DNA of 63,869 nucleotides, the filler included, from Octopus bimaculoides (lineage: Eukaryota), in NCBI RefSeq assembly GCF_001194135.2. It is 5 parts of 5 records of this genome, joined end to end, with 100 filler letters (N's around TTAATTAATTAA, not from the genome) between each part and the next. Parts side by side here need not be neighbours in the genome. Positions count along the whole stretch, not along the records: positions 1 to 21,274 come from NC_068983.1; positions 21,375 to 33,619 come from NC_068987.1; 3 more parts are not named here. One strand, given 5' to 3'. The notes below the pieces were generated by a model. That model did no database searches. It worked only from the letters and a program-made list of their open reading frames with translations, and was not told the DNA's origin. A program made the position numbers and the translations under genes. Of the stretch, positions 12,030-24,830 are shown piece by piece; within the stretch, counting starts at the first letter, position 1; each line of letters opens with the position of its first letter.

Positions 12030-12515
12030 CGTCTCTCACATCGTTACCTATATTTACGGGAGATGTGACTCTGTGGTTTGTTCAGTTGGAAGCACATTTT
12101 TCGGTTCACAGCATTTCTCCCACACAGTAATTGCAGCTTTTGTATTGCAGCATGCCTCCTCAACTCGCAACTTCAACTAAAGATCTCGTTACAAATCCTA
12201 GCCCAGACTCTACTTATGCGTCTGTCAAAGCGGAGATTCTGCGCTGCAACACCAGGTCTGAAGAAAGTAAATTTAATGAGTTAATGGCACACGAGCAGTT
12301 AGGAGACAGAACCCCGTCACAGTTTTTGCGCCGCTTGCGAGAGTTAAGTGGTAACTCCGCTGACGCACCTCTTCTTAGAAAAAATTTCTTCTCAAGGTTG
12401 CCTTCCAACCTACAAACTATTCTAGCCACAGTCCAACACTGTGGACCAAATCGCCATTATGGCTGATAAAATAATTGAATTCTCTGCACAGCCATCGTCA
12501 CGTGGTGCTTGTGTC
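12030..12515 (+). pseudogene. gag: Gypsy-B gag, N-terminal part
   Basis: LPIFTGDVTLWFVQLEAHF...TYASVKAEIL...QLGDRTPSQFLRRLRELSG; internal stop; runs into an N gap. Confidence 0.85.
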
Positions 12516-13430
12516 NNNNNNNNNNNNNNNNNNNNNNNNNNNNNNNNNNNNNNNNNNNNNNNNNNNNNNNNNNNNNNNNNNNNNNNNNNNNNNNNNNNNN
12601 NNNNNNNNNNNNNNNNNNNNNNNNNNNNNNNNNNNNNNNNNNNNNNNNNNNNNNNNNNNNNNNNNNNNNNNNNNNNNNNNNNNNNNNNNNNNNNNNNNNN
12701 NNNNNNNNNNNNNNNNNNNNNNNNNNNNNNNNNNNNNNNNNNNNNNNNNNNNNNNNNNNNNNNNNNNNNNNNNNNNNNNNNNNNNNNNNNNNNNNNNNNN
12801 NNNNNNNNNNNNNNNNNNNNNNNNNNNNNNNNNNNNNNNNNNNNNNNNNNNNNNNNNNNNNNNNNNNNNNNNNNNNNNNNNNNNNNNNNNNNNNNNNNNN
12901 NNNNNNNNNNNNNNNNNNNNNNNNNNNNNNNNNNNNNNNNNNNNNNNNNNNNNNNNNNNNNNNNNNNNNNNNNNNNNNNNNNNNNNNNNNNNNNNNNNNN
13001 NNNNNNNNNNNNNNNNNNNNNNNNNNNNNNNNNNNNNNNNNNNNNNNNNNNNNNNNNNNNNNNNNNNNNNNNNNNNNNNNNNNNNNNNNNNNNNNNNNNN
13101 NNNNNNNNNNNNNNNNNNNNNNNNNNNNNNNNNNNNNNNNNNNNNNNNNNNNNNNNNNNNNNNNNNNNNNNNNNNNNNNNNNNNNNNNNNNNNNNNNNNN
13201 NNNNNNNNNNNNNNNNNNNNNNNNNNNNNNNNNNNNNNNNNNNNNNNNNNNNNNNNNNNNNNNNNNNNNNNNNNNNNNNNNNNNNNNNNNNNNNNNNNNN
13301 NNNNNNNNNNNNNNNNNNNNNNNNNNNNNNNNNNNNNNNNNNNNNNNNNNNNNNNNNNNNNNNNNNNNNNNNNNNNNNNNNNNNNNNNNNNNNNNNNNNN
13401 NNNNNNNNNNNNNNNNNNNNNNNNNNNNNN

Positions 13431-15749
13431 TCAGTAACAGTACTTGACCGATATCATATAAGGAATCTCCAAGATTTTTCGGTGCATCTTCATGGCTGTA
13501 CAATTTTTTTCAAAAGTTGACCATATACGTGCTTATCACCAAATACCGGTCAACCCAGCCGATGTTCCGGAAACTGCCATTACTACTCCATTTGAGTTTT
13601 TATACATGAGTTTCGGTTTGCGAAACGCTACTAGCACGTTCCAGCGTTTCATAGACGAAGTTGTCCGCGGACTTGATTTTGTGTTCGCTTATGTCGATGA
13701 TATCCTCATCGCAAGCGACACACAGGAGAATCATCTCCGGCACTTGTCTCAGCTTTTGCAGCGTCTTCGCGACTATGGTGTGCGCATTAATCCAAGCAAG
13801 TGTGTGTTCGGGGAATCTTCTCTTGACTTTCTCGGCCATCATATTGACTCGAGTGGAATCAGACCTCTCTCGTCTAAAGTCGATGCGATTCAGCGCATCA
13901 CACCTCCTACTTCTTTGTGCCAGGTGAGGCATTATCTTGGCATGGTAAATTTCTATCGACGCTTTATACCCGGTTGTGCGGATAAGCTACTTCCTCTGAC
14001 CCAGCTATTAAAGAACACCTCCAAAAAGAACGGTCAAATCACCCTTTCAACTGAAGCATTATCTGCTTTCGAGTCCATCAAGAAAGAGTTAGCTTCTGTT
14101 CCTTTGCTTGCACATCCGATTCCTGGTGCTTCTCTCTCTTTAACTGTGGATGCATCGGACACTGCGATTGGCGCTGTGCTGCAACACACAGTGTACGATT
14201 GTACTCGACCTCTGGCTTTCTTTTCTCGCCAACTGCAACCAGCTGAGCGACGATACAGCACCTTTGATCGTGAGCTCCTAGCGGTCTACCTGTCAGTTCG
14301 TCATTTTCAACATCAACTCGAAGGTCGAGATTTTGCGATCTATATTGATCACAAGCCTCTTACGTTTGCCCTGTCATCTAAAACGAATAAACTCACGCCT
14401 CGTGCTTTCCGTCACCTGGATTTTATTTCATAATTTACCAGTGACATTCGTCATATATTTGGAAAAGAGAACGTTCCTGCTGACGCTCTTTCTCGTCTTC
14501 CAGTCTGTCCTCTTTCGTCTCCTGCTGCAATTGATTTAACTGCCATTTCACAGGAGCAACCACCTTTGGCATCGTTAGACTTAACTTCGCCTAAGTTCTC
14601 CTGTTGCCAGTTTGCCTATCTTCCGCTTCCGTCAGCTGAAGGCACTATTCTCTGTGATACTTCCACTGGTTCTCCCAGGCCACTCGTGCCTGAGAATCAT
14701 CAACGCTCAGTGTTTGAGGCACTACACTCCTTATCACATCCTGACATCGCTGCTACCATTAAGCTTATCACTACTCGGTTTTTATGGCCGAATATGCGTC
14801 GCACTATTACCTCTTGGACATGCACTTGCTCCAAGTGCCAACGGTCCATGATTCAACGGCACATTCGTGCCCCACTTGGACATTTTCCTCCAACGGAGGC
14901 CCGTTTTCACTATGTCCACATTGATCTGGTTGGACCATGGCCTGTGAGTCGCGGGTTCTCTTATCTTTTAACATGTGTCGATCGCTTCTCTCGAAGGCCA
15001 GAAGCCATTCCAATAGCAGATATTTCTGCTGAATCTGTTGCTCGAGCTTTTATTTCTAACTGGATTTCCTGTTTCGGAGTTCCGTCCAGATTAACTACTG
15101 ATCGAGGGCGTCAGTTTGAAGCTTCTTTATTTCGTGAATTGTCACGTATTCTAGGTATGCACCACATTCGCACGACCATTTATCATCCAGCCTCTAATGG
15201 ATTAGTTGAACGGTTCCATAGACAGCTCAAGGCCGCTCTACGTGCCTCTTCAGATCCAAAGTCTTGGACTGAATTTCTGCCAATTGCTCTTCTTGGTTGT
15301 CGTACTGCTGTCAAGGCAGACCTGGGTTTTTCTTCTGGTACCACACTGGCATTGTCTGGTACGATGTTGGTGCCAGACACTTCGCAGCTCCATGATCCAG
15401 CGTCTTACGTCGCCAGGCTTCGCACGTATTTTTCACATGGTTCCCCGGGAACAATCTTCACCCTCTCATGTCCCACCGGATATGAACTCTTGGTCGCATG
15501 CTTTTGTTCGAGATGACTCTGTCAAGGGACCTCTTATTTCTCCTTATAAAGGACCTTTTCGTGTGCTTTCTCGCACACCCAAAGTTTTCACGATCGATGT
15601 CAATGGTCGTTCGGAGACCGTCTCTGTAGATCGGCTTAAAAAGGCATATTTTGAGGTGTCCACATCTTTTGATGACACCGCTGCCGCGCCCACCTTTGAA
15701 CCTACACATGCACCTTTGTCAACACCATCACCTTCACATGCACCTTTGT
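13431..15749 (+). pseudogene. pol: Gypsy-B pol (RT, RNase H, integrase)
   Basis: FAYVDDILIAS, LTVDASD, YSTFDRELLA, HIDLVGP, LTTDRGRQFE, SNGLVERFHRQLK; stop at 14431-14433 and frameshifts. Confidence 0.93.
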
Positions 15750-16008
15750 NNNNNNNNNNNNNNNNNNNNNNNNNNNNNNNNNNNNNNNNNNNNNNNNNNN
15801 NNNNNNNNNNNNNNNNNNNNNNNNNNNNNNNNNNNNNNNNNNNNNNNNNNNNNNNNNNNNNNNNNNNNNNNNNNNNNNNNNNNNNNNNNNNNNNNNNNNN
15901 NNNNNNNNNNNNNNNNNNNNNNNNNNNNNNNNNNNNNNNNNNNNNNNNNNNNNNNNNNNNNNNNNNNNNNNNNNNNNNNNNNNNNNNNNNNNNNNNNNNN
16001 NNNNNNNN

Positions 16009-16370
16009 AAGACCTGACGAAAGCCCCTTGTGCGCATGCACAGTCATCAGCAGCAGCTAGGGTTCACCACCATTCATCCTCTTCGATCACGGCTTCTGAC
16101 CGGGCAGGACGCAACCTAGAGCAGCTCCGTCAAGAATGGGACGCTTAATGGCGAGCGGCACCGCGAGTCTGTAATAATGCCTTATTGCCTTGGTGCCTAA
16201 CTACCAACCCTGCTGCTTCTTCACCTACCGCTAACCAGAGATGGAACATTTATTCAGAAAAATAAATTATTATTGTTTTTTTCAGAGAGATCTTGTCCTC
16301 ACCTTTTCGTTCAATGAATTATGTATGGAATTGTGAAGCACCCAGCAAGTGCTAAATCACATTTTCTACA
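16009..16370 (+). repeat. 3' LTR of Gypsy-B (start hidden in N gap)
   Basis: Matches the 5' LTR; ends TTTTCTACA followed by TSD GTTT. Confidence 0.88.
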
Positions 16371-16374
16371 GTTT

Positions 16375-17516
16375 CATTTCCGCTTCAGAGATGGATAAAG
16401 AAAACTCTTTATCCGTGACACTACATGTAGAAATGTGTCCCTCATAAGTTGTCTTAATGTAAGCTTCTAAAACCATTAATAATAGCATTCAAAGATTCTG
16501 ATTCAGCACTGGTAGCAACAACAGTCTTCAAACGGGCAAACGTATCATGCATTAATACTCCCGACACATAATCGACCGATTGTTTAATTGTTTGATCCTT
16601 GGTAGTTAACGTTTTGACTATCTTCCGGAATGATGTGGAGTCTAATTGTTTCTTTGTAATCATGTAGCATTATAGTTGTATTCTTTTTCCTAATCAGCTT
16701 GGGGAGGTGTATTTCTTCGCCATTAATCGTAAATGTTTTGGTACCCCATGAGATTCGGCATACACTAGCATCCGACAAAACAAACACCACTGTAGCTTCC
16801 ATTTGATCACGATCGTATCATATAATTGATCTATTGAAAGGTGTAAGCTGCTTTCCACTTGCCATATGTTTATACTTTCGTCTTAATGAAGCTACTTTCT
16901 TCATACCAATACCAAAACGATCTTTCAAAACACTTGAAACTAAGGATACCGCTAATGGAGCTGTAACAGCATCAGCTTGTACAACATTTCTTGGCAATGC
17001 ATCTCGTACTTTAATGTTATTTTCCGCTAATATGCCTTCATCGACGACACCTTCTCCTTCGTTATTTAACAACCTCTTTCATAAGGCCTTCGGCATCATA
17101 TGGACTAATGATAGAGCATAATTTTTTCATTATGGTACTGTTAAGTTTCACTAGTCGCTTTTTAGCTTTTTCGTCAAAGTCTGCCATTCGGGTACTTTCA
17201 CGTTTTGCTTTTCCTGGTAACGATGATGCTGATTTTAAACCAAATGCTTCATACAATGCCCCCACTTTTGAAACAATTCGTGATGGATCGCTGACTTCTG
17301 GTCCAGAACCCGCTTGTTCCGTATACACACTACGTTTTCTTGTATTCATACTTGTTTATATGTGCCGACACCTCCCATAAGTCGTATTCTCTTTGTGGCA
17401 CGTGTGTTTACATTTTCGTTGCATTTATTATCTCCACGACATGTACATCCACATCTGTAACATCCTTGACAACTTATATATCTACCTTTTTTGTAAGTAC
17501 ATGATAATTTTGACAT
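16375..17516 (-). pseudogene. N-terminal segment of the split Sola-like transposase
   Basis: ATG at 17516 opens MSKLSCTYKKGRYISCQGCYRCGCTC; consecutive frameshifted ORFs (17062-17349, 16818-17072, 16584-16802, 16454-16663) lead in frame into the segment at 8644. Confidence 0.65.
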
Positions 17517-17964
17517 AACTTCCGATTGGGTGAAGCAAAATCAAAATCTGGACTACCTGTGTGGTTATTTTTGATATATTAATTTTAACCAATCAAATTA
17601 TCCCGTTTATTATTCAGTTTGCGACAATTCAGTATTTTAAAGTTCTACAAAAAGTCAATACTCTGACCCGCGAAGCGACTAAAAATCAGAGTTTAAAATA
17701 CAAGACACTCATAACTTTTGCTTAAATTCCAGCAATGGACCATTCTTGAACAATATCAGTACATCATAGTGACAAAGTAACGCAGAAGGTATCAGGTGGT
17801 TGTGGATGTGCTAAAAACAACGGCTAAATTGCCTAAATCACACACAAAAATTTTATTTGCCTAATCTTTTGAATTCCCATGTGTAGAAGACAAATTCACA
17901 AAAAATAGAAAAGTTACGAGAGGTTATATGGGGTGCTTAAATCAAAATTCTGCCCCCCTGACTA

Positions 17965-19844
17965 AGAAGAAATACTGACAGTATTCCATTGAATACTGTA
18001 TGACTGTATTCTGTCGCTACAGAATGAAGCAAAACCAATGCGTCTCATATGTATGGATGTACTGTCAAATGATAACATGAAACCAACTAAGCTTAAATCC
18101 ATTCAGAGACAAAGCTCAAAGACAAGTAAAACAATATAGTAGAATATCTTAGAAAACTGTGCAGTTATTTAGTAATCAATTATGTAAAAATAATAATGGT
18201 TGACTGGCATCCTATGAAATTTCTAAAATTATAGCAAAGGTTGTGAAACCCCAATGTCATTGGTGAAATTATAATTGCCAGCGGTATCTGTCATAATTTC
18301 CTCATTTATGAAACAAAATGGTAATGAAATTACTTGTAAGATTCCATTAAGTAACTCATCAGTGTCACGGTGCATTGATGAAAGATATAGAAAAGCAGCT
18401 AGTAGCCAAATTACAAGTACAGAAATGTCCTTTTCAACCTGATGAATCTACCCTGAGAGATAATAAAGCTATTTTATTGGCATATGGTTGCTTTCTTTTT
18501 TTTTTTTTTTGGATGGTAATGAGGAAATTCTTTTTGTCAGACATCTTAAAACAGACACTAAAGGCAAAACAATTTTCAAAGATGCTGTAACTTATTTCGA
18601 GGATCATAATATTTCCCTCAGGTGTATAATAGCTTGTGCTAATGACAGTGCTCCGTCCATGATTGGCAGATACAGAGGTTTTCTTGCCTATTTAATAAAT
18701 ACTGTATTTTGTATACACTGTGTGATAACACCAAAATGAGCAAAACAATTGCAAAACAAGTGCACATCTGCACGATGCCCCTAAAAGTGTAATATCATTT
18801 ACAAGACTGCATCTTTCATGAATTCTGTAATGAAAATGAAGAATTTAAATGCTTTGTAATTCACACAGAGATGAGATGGTTATCTTAAGGTAAATTGTTT
18901 GTATCATTTTTTTCTTGCACTTTGGTATACTATTGTTTCATTCCTGGCTAACAACAATCTCAGCTAACAAATGGTTGCAGCTAAATGCGTTATTTATCAG
19001 ATATATTTGATAAAATTTATTTGATTAACAAACCGCTTCAAGGAGAAAACAGCTCTAGAAATTGTATGTTGTGTATTATTACGATTTCCTAGTTTGGAAT
19101 CAATTAACAGTAATCTGCATGATGATGACCTTGTATACTGAACGTCTGAAAACTTGCATAATGATATGCAAGCTCAATTTAACGACCTGCTGAAGTTAAA
19201 TATACCACGTTGGGTGACATTTCTTTTTGAAGTTAATGTTGCTGTCTCATTGAATTGCAGAGTGATGAAATATTTCAGGCAAGATTTAAAGATGGAAAAC
19301 ATAATGTATGGAAAAGAAATGACACTGCTACAAAGTATCCACTATTCTGGTGGGGAAGAACAGTTGTACCTTACTGCTTTTCCTTTATCTTACCTTCTTG
19401 AATATGGTTTTAGCCATGTCACTAACTTACTGTTAGAAGCTTGTAATCGAATCGACATTATAGAAAAAGGTGATCTTCAATTATCATTGACAGCATTGGA
19501 GTAGAGGATTTTAAAACTAGCAGAACAGCACCAACCGCCAGACTTGCATTAAAGAAATTGACACTAAAGTACTCCCTTATTTTAATAAATATATACTTGT
19601 ATATTTATGTTAATTTTACTTGTGAACATTCATTTTCCAGAGAATTTGGTTAAGAAATTGGTCATAAGTCTATAGTACACAATATATTTTAACAATTTTT
19701 ATACAAGTCCTAATAATATTTAATTATAAAAATACAATATAATTTTTTAAACATTGAATGGGTATGATAGGTGGGGGGGGGGGTCTACAGGAGTGAGATA
19801 GGAATCAAAAGGGTCCACAGATAAAAAAAGGTTGAGAACCCCTG
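17965..19844 (+). mobile_element. hAT (Buster/Charlie-like) transposon remnant, 5' end missing
   Basis: PLSNSSVSRCIDE, QPDEST, DSAPSMIG, CIHC, TEMRWLS and FPLSYLLEYGFS motifs; 3' TIR ...GGTTGAGAACCCCTG followed by GTTTACAT (nnnTAnnn). Confidence 0.85.
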
Positions 19845-19916
19845 GTTTACATAGCTGTTGTTGAAGTTGAGAGTTTGAAACATAGGTGACAGTTACTATT
19901 TTCAAGAAACTCTTCC

Positions 19917-20990
19917 TCAAAATATGTCTGTTGTAACAGTGGAGTTGTGTATTTTGATGTGAATGTCTAGGAATGGTAGTTCATTGTAGCTTGTTTCTGT
20001 TGTGAATTTGATAGATGGACGCAGTATGTTGAGGATATTGTGAAATGTTCGTAGGTCTTCTTTTGATCTATCCCAAAAAGTGAAACAGTCATCGAGGTAG
20101 CGCTTCCATTTCTTCACAATGTCTTCCCTGAAGTTGTGATCAAAAAGTTTTTCGACTTCCTCGTAAAGTTTACCTTCTAGGTAACCGATGACTAGGTTGA
20201 CATGCGAAAGTGCAAATTTCATACCCATAGCCGTGCTCTTTATCTCTCGGTATACCTTATCAAATCTGAAGGTCTTTTCTTCTAGTACCAGACGAGTGGC
20301 TTTAATAATGAAGTTAGATTTGAAACGTTCATCTATACATCTTCTGTGTCTCTTTCGACTGCTTTTAGGCCCAAGGTATGTTGGTATAGAGGTTAGTGAC
20401 ATCAAAACTTGCAAGTATAGTAGCTTCCGGAATAGTAGTTGGGATATGTTTGAGAAAGTCCATGTAATCCCGTATATAGCTGGGTATTAATGGGCATAAG
20501 GGTTTGAGGAGTATGTCCAAGAGGCGACTCAGTTGTGTTGGGGATTGGGGCCCAGCAACTATCAATCTCATTATGAGGTCTGTGGGTCTTTGTATTTTTA
20601 CATATTGGCTCCTCTGTTCATTTATGCCCTTCTGTATTTCGGAGCTTTTGTGGATTTTGGGCAACCCATAGAAATTGCTCTCCTTGATTATGGAGTTGCA
20701 TAAATAGTTTTTTTCCTTGTCTGTGAAGGAGTCCTGATATTGGTTAATTAATGTTCTGATTTTATTCAGTGTTGCTTTTCCCGGGTGTCTTGATTTCTCC
20801 TTATAGTATGTTTGATCTGTTAAAATTTGTAGTATTTTTCCTTTGTAGTAGTCTGTGTCCCTGATTATTATCGCTTCACTCTTGTCGGCTTCCTTTGGGA
20901 TGATTGAATTGTCGTTCTTTAGGCTTTGTAATGCTTCTTTTTCTCCTTCATGAAAGTTTTGTTTGCATTTACGGGGAATGAGAGGGAACT
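19917..20990 (-). mobile_element. Penelope-like element, reverse transcriptase fragment
   Basis: PKIHK, LASFDVTNLYTNIP, STAMGMKFA, WKRYLDDCF, IKFTTETSYNELPFLDI. Confidence 0.88.
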
Positions 20991-21318
20991 TCGAGTACTT
21001 TTCTCACCCCTAAATATTTATAAGTGTATATAAATTCATTGGTTACTATAATTTATTAGTTTCTTTTGCATATTCTTAGTTTATGCATGTGTATGCAAAT
21101 ATAGTATTGGTATATCCCATTTATGTTCATTAGAAATTAAATAAATAAAGAATTTTGACATGTACGAATATTTATTTCCCCCCACTGTATTTCGTATCAA
21201 GGCAAATTGTTGATGTTTTATTTAAACATTGATTATTCAACACGAAGCTTTTTCTAACTGCTTTCCTCTCTCTCNNNNNNNNNNNNNNNNNNNNNNNNNN
21301 NNNNNNNNNNNNNNNNNN

Positions 21319-21330
21319 TTAATTAATTAA
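21319..21330. other. Assembly spacer TTAATTAATTAA between two 44-N runs (also at 33664-33675, 50970-50981, 59133-59144)
   Basis: Identical 44N + 12 + 44N = 100-bp block occurs four times. Confidence 0.95.
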
Positions 21331-21539
21331 NNNNNNNNNNNNNNNNNNNNNNNNNNNNNNNNNNNNNNNNNNNNAGTCGATGAAATCGACTAGTAACCGC
21401 TCCACCCCCACCAAATTTTAGTCCTTGTCCCTTTAATAAAAAAGGGTTATTATTGTTATAGTTACAAGAATAACTGTAGTGATAATAATGTTTTTATTAT
21501 TTAAATATTTTAATAATAATGTTTTTGTACATAATAATC

Positions 21540-22030
21540 CTTTCTACAATCGGCACAAGGCCTGAAATTTGTTGGGAGGGGGTAAGTCGATCACATCGAC
21601 GCCAGTTCTTGACCGGTACTTAATTTATGGACCCTGAAAGGATAAAAGGCAAAGTCGACCTCGGCGGAATTTGAACTCAGAACGTGAAAACGGACGAAAT
21701 ACCGCTTAAGCATTTTCCCCGGGTTGCTAACGATTCTGCCAGCTCGCCGCCTTAACAACAACAATAATAATCCTTAAAGGCACAAAGCCTGAAATTTTGG
21801 GGTGGGAGCTAGTCGGTTATATGGACCTGAGTATGTAACTGGTACTTATTTGATTGACCCCGCAAGGGATGGAAGGCAAAGTTATCATTGGCACAAGTCC
21901 AGCAGTTTCGAGAGAGAGGGTATGTCGATTATGTCGACCTTAGTATTCAGCTGGTACTTATTTTATCAACCCCCAAAAGGATGAAAAGTAAAGCTGGCCT
22001 CGGCTGAATTTGAGCTCAGAACGTAAGAAC
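21540..22030 (-). mobile_element. Cluster of tRNA-derived SINE copies (family beginning GGCGGCGAGCTGGCAGAATCGTTAGC; OK-like): one full copy 21540-21751 plus truncated copies
   Basis: A/B-box-like head (GAGTTCAAATTCC); same body as the copies at 44092-44960. Confidence 0.82.
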
Positions 22031-22085
22031 GAACAACCAACAACAACCACCATCACCACCACCACAATTATTACCTTTAAGTATA

Positions 22086-22676
22086 GGCGCAGGAGTAGCT
22101 GTGTGGTAAGTAGCTTGCCTACCAACCACATGATTCCGGGTTCAGTCCCACCGCGTGGCACCTTGGGCAAGTGTCTTCTACTATAGTCTCGGGCCGACCA
22201 AAGCCTTGTGAGTGGATTTGGTAGATGGAAACTGAAAGAAGCCCGTCGTATATATGTATATATNNNNNNNNNNNNNNNNNNNNNNNNNNNNNNNNNNNNN
22301 NNNNNNNNNNNNNNNNNNNNNNNNNNNNNNNNNNNNNNNNNNNNNNNNNNNNNNNNNNNNNNNNNNNNNNNNNNNNNNNNNNNNNNNNNNNNNNNNNNNN
22401 NNNNNNNNNNNNNNNNNNNNNNNNNNNNNNNNNNNNNNNNNNNNNNNATATATATGTATGTGTGTGCATATGTTTGTGTCTCTGTTTGTCCCCCCCCCCA
22501 ACATCGCTTGACAACAGATGGTGGTGTGTTTACGTCCCCGTAACTTAGCGGTTCGGCAAAAGAGACTGATACAACAAGTACTAGGCACCCAAAGAATAAT
22601 TCCTGGGGTCGATTTGCTCGACTAAAGGCGGTGCTCCAGCGTGGCCACAGTCAAACGACTGAAACAAGTAAAAGAG
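22086..22676 (+). mobile_element. tRNA-derived CORE-like SINE (OR-like) with internal (TA/TG)n
   Basis: A box GCTGTGTGGTAAG, B box GGTTCAGTCCC, central CCTTGGGCAAG; recurs at several loci in the window. Confidence 0.85.
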
Positions 22677-22699
22677 TATACGAACAACCGAGAACTATC

Positions 22700-23140
22700 A
22701 CCATCACCACCACAACCACCACTACCACATATAACAACAACATTACCATCATCATCATCACCGCTACCTCCATCACCGTCGCTATCAACCATCAACGTGA
22801 GAAACTTTAATAACGATAATGACAACAACGCTACCACCGTCAGCACTGGTAACAACAACAACAACAACAACAACAACAGCAGCAGTAGCTACAACAACAA
22901 CAGCAGCAGTAGCTACAACAACAATGGCACAACGACTATCAGCGCCCCAACCATAATCACCATTTCTAATAACAACAACGACCGTCGCTTCTACAAACAT
23001 CATCAACAGCAGCAACAACGATAGTTGATCCAACATCCCTACCGCTACCATCATCGCCCTTAACACCGCCACCACTACCAACAGCAACAGCAACTACAGC
23101 AACAATAGCAGCGAACGTATCACGAATAACGCTAGTCACG
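22700..23140. repeat. Mosaic trinucleotide low-complexity tract (CAA/CAC/CAG)
   Basis: Visible runs of these triplets. Confidence 0.85.
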
Positions 23141-23199
23141 AGACTAGACAGGTTTTAAGGAGACAACAAATCAATAGGCATCAACACATCTGTAATTTA

Positions 23200-24089
23200 T
23201 GGAATAAACACATATGCCTATACATGTGTACAACACACACAACACTCGGAGTACGCATACACACATACATACAGTACATGCACACATAACTCACGCACAC
23301 ACAACCCACAGAGGCGTTCACATACACACACGCACGTTTCACACTCGTACCTACACGTATAGACACTCGAACACGTATCAACAAAACACAGCACAAATAC
23401 AACACACGCTCATACACATATATACGTCTACACGCACAACTCTCTCACACACATACACAGCAGACGCACAATTCAAAGATATACAGACACGCTCCTACAC
23501 ACACATACACATACATACATACATACATACATACAAACATACATAGATAAAATACAGCACATACACACACAATTCACACACACAACACACAGAAGCGTTC
23601 ACACACGTACATTTACATATATGCACACACACACACACACACACACATATAACAAATACACGAAGCGCACACATACGTATACATATATACACACATGCAC
23701 ACATTCACAAATACACGAACCACACACATACATTATATACACACACAAACAAATACACCCAACAAACACATGAATCACACACGTATATATACATATATAC
23801 ACACATGAACACATGCATACATATACGTATTTACACACGTACACACATTCACACAAATACACGAACAAACACATATTCATATTAATATACATATATATAC
23901 ACACATACACACATACAACAAATACACAAATCACACCCATACACATACATATACACATATAGACACGTACAATAAATACACGAATTATACATATATATAT
24001 ATACACATATACACATACATATGCATATATGCACATATATACATATATACACATATACATTTATACACACGTACACATGTACAACATAT

Positions 24090-24126
<37 letters not shown>

Positions 24127-24830
24127 AATATACACACGTACACACATACAACAAACACAAAACTCCCACTCACAAACAGACTCACTCACAAACACACTAA
24201 CACGCACCAACACACACAATAAATAACACAGACACACAACACATAGATAGAGCATACGCATACATTCAGCCACACCGCCACAGTGTCCACTCTTTAACAG
24301 TTTGTTACGTATTGTTTTTAACGTCTGCTGATGGTTACATATTAATTTGGTTTGTCGTCTGTTCCCGTTCGCGTTTTTTTTTAAATTCCTTTAATACTTC
24401 ATACTTTTTTTTGTTTATTTTCCCTGGTTTTTAGCTTCTGTTGGTTCTATGGTCCCACTGGTCTTTCAGACATGTTCGCATACACGCATACACGCATACA
24501 CGCATACACAAACATACTAACAGACAGGCACATACACATACATATAAATATATACACACATACACTCACATACACAAATAAATAAACACATACACTTATA
24601 CATTCACACACACACACACAGATGCATACAGACACACACTCATATGGGCAAACAAATGCATCCATTATACACAGCCATATACGCAAATGTGCATATCCAT
24701 GCGCATATGGACATACATACTTGTATCCATACGCCTTTACTCATTTATGTATGCGCATGCCCACACACTCACTTTAACACATTACAACATACGCAAATAC
24801 ATTCACATACACATACACATACACTTAATG
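23200..24830. repeat. Degenerate (CA)/(TA)/(CATA) microsatellite block
   Basis: Visible; source of many spurious ORFs. Confidence 0.9.

Larger units (their letters stand above)
8645..16370 (+). mobile_element. Ty3/Gypsy LTR retrotransposon B (CsRn1-like), carrying nested Penelope and Merlin insertions
   Basis: Starts TGTAG (8645) and ends CTACA (16370); TSD GTTT at 8641-8644 and 16371-16374; LTR sequence ~8714-8998 repeated at 16009-16277; gag and pol present. Confidence 0.93.

Noticed and set aside
22641-23093. Poly-N/Q/T ORFs of 84-127 aa
   Set aside because: Products of trinucleotide repeats; no splice or domain support
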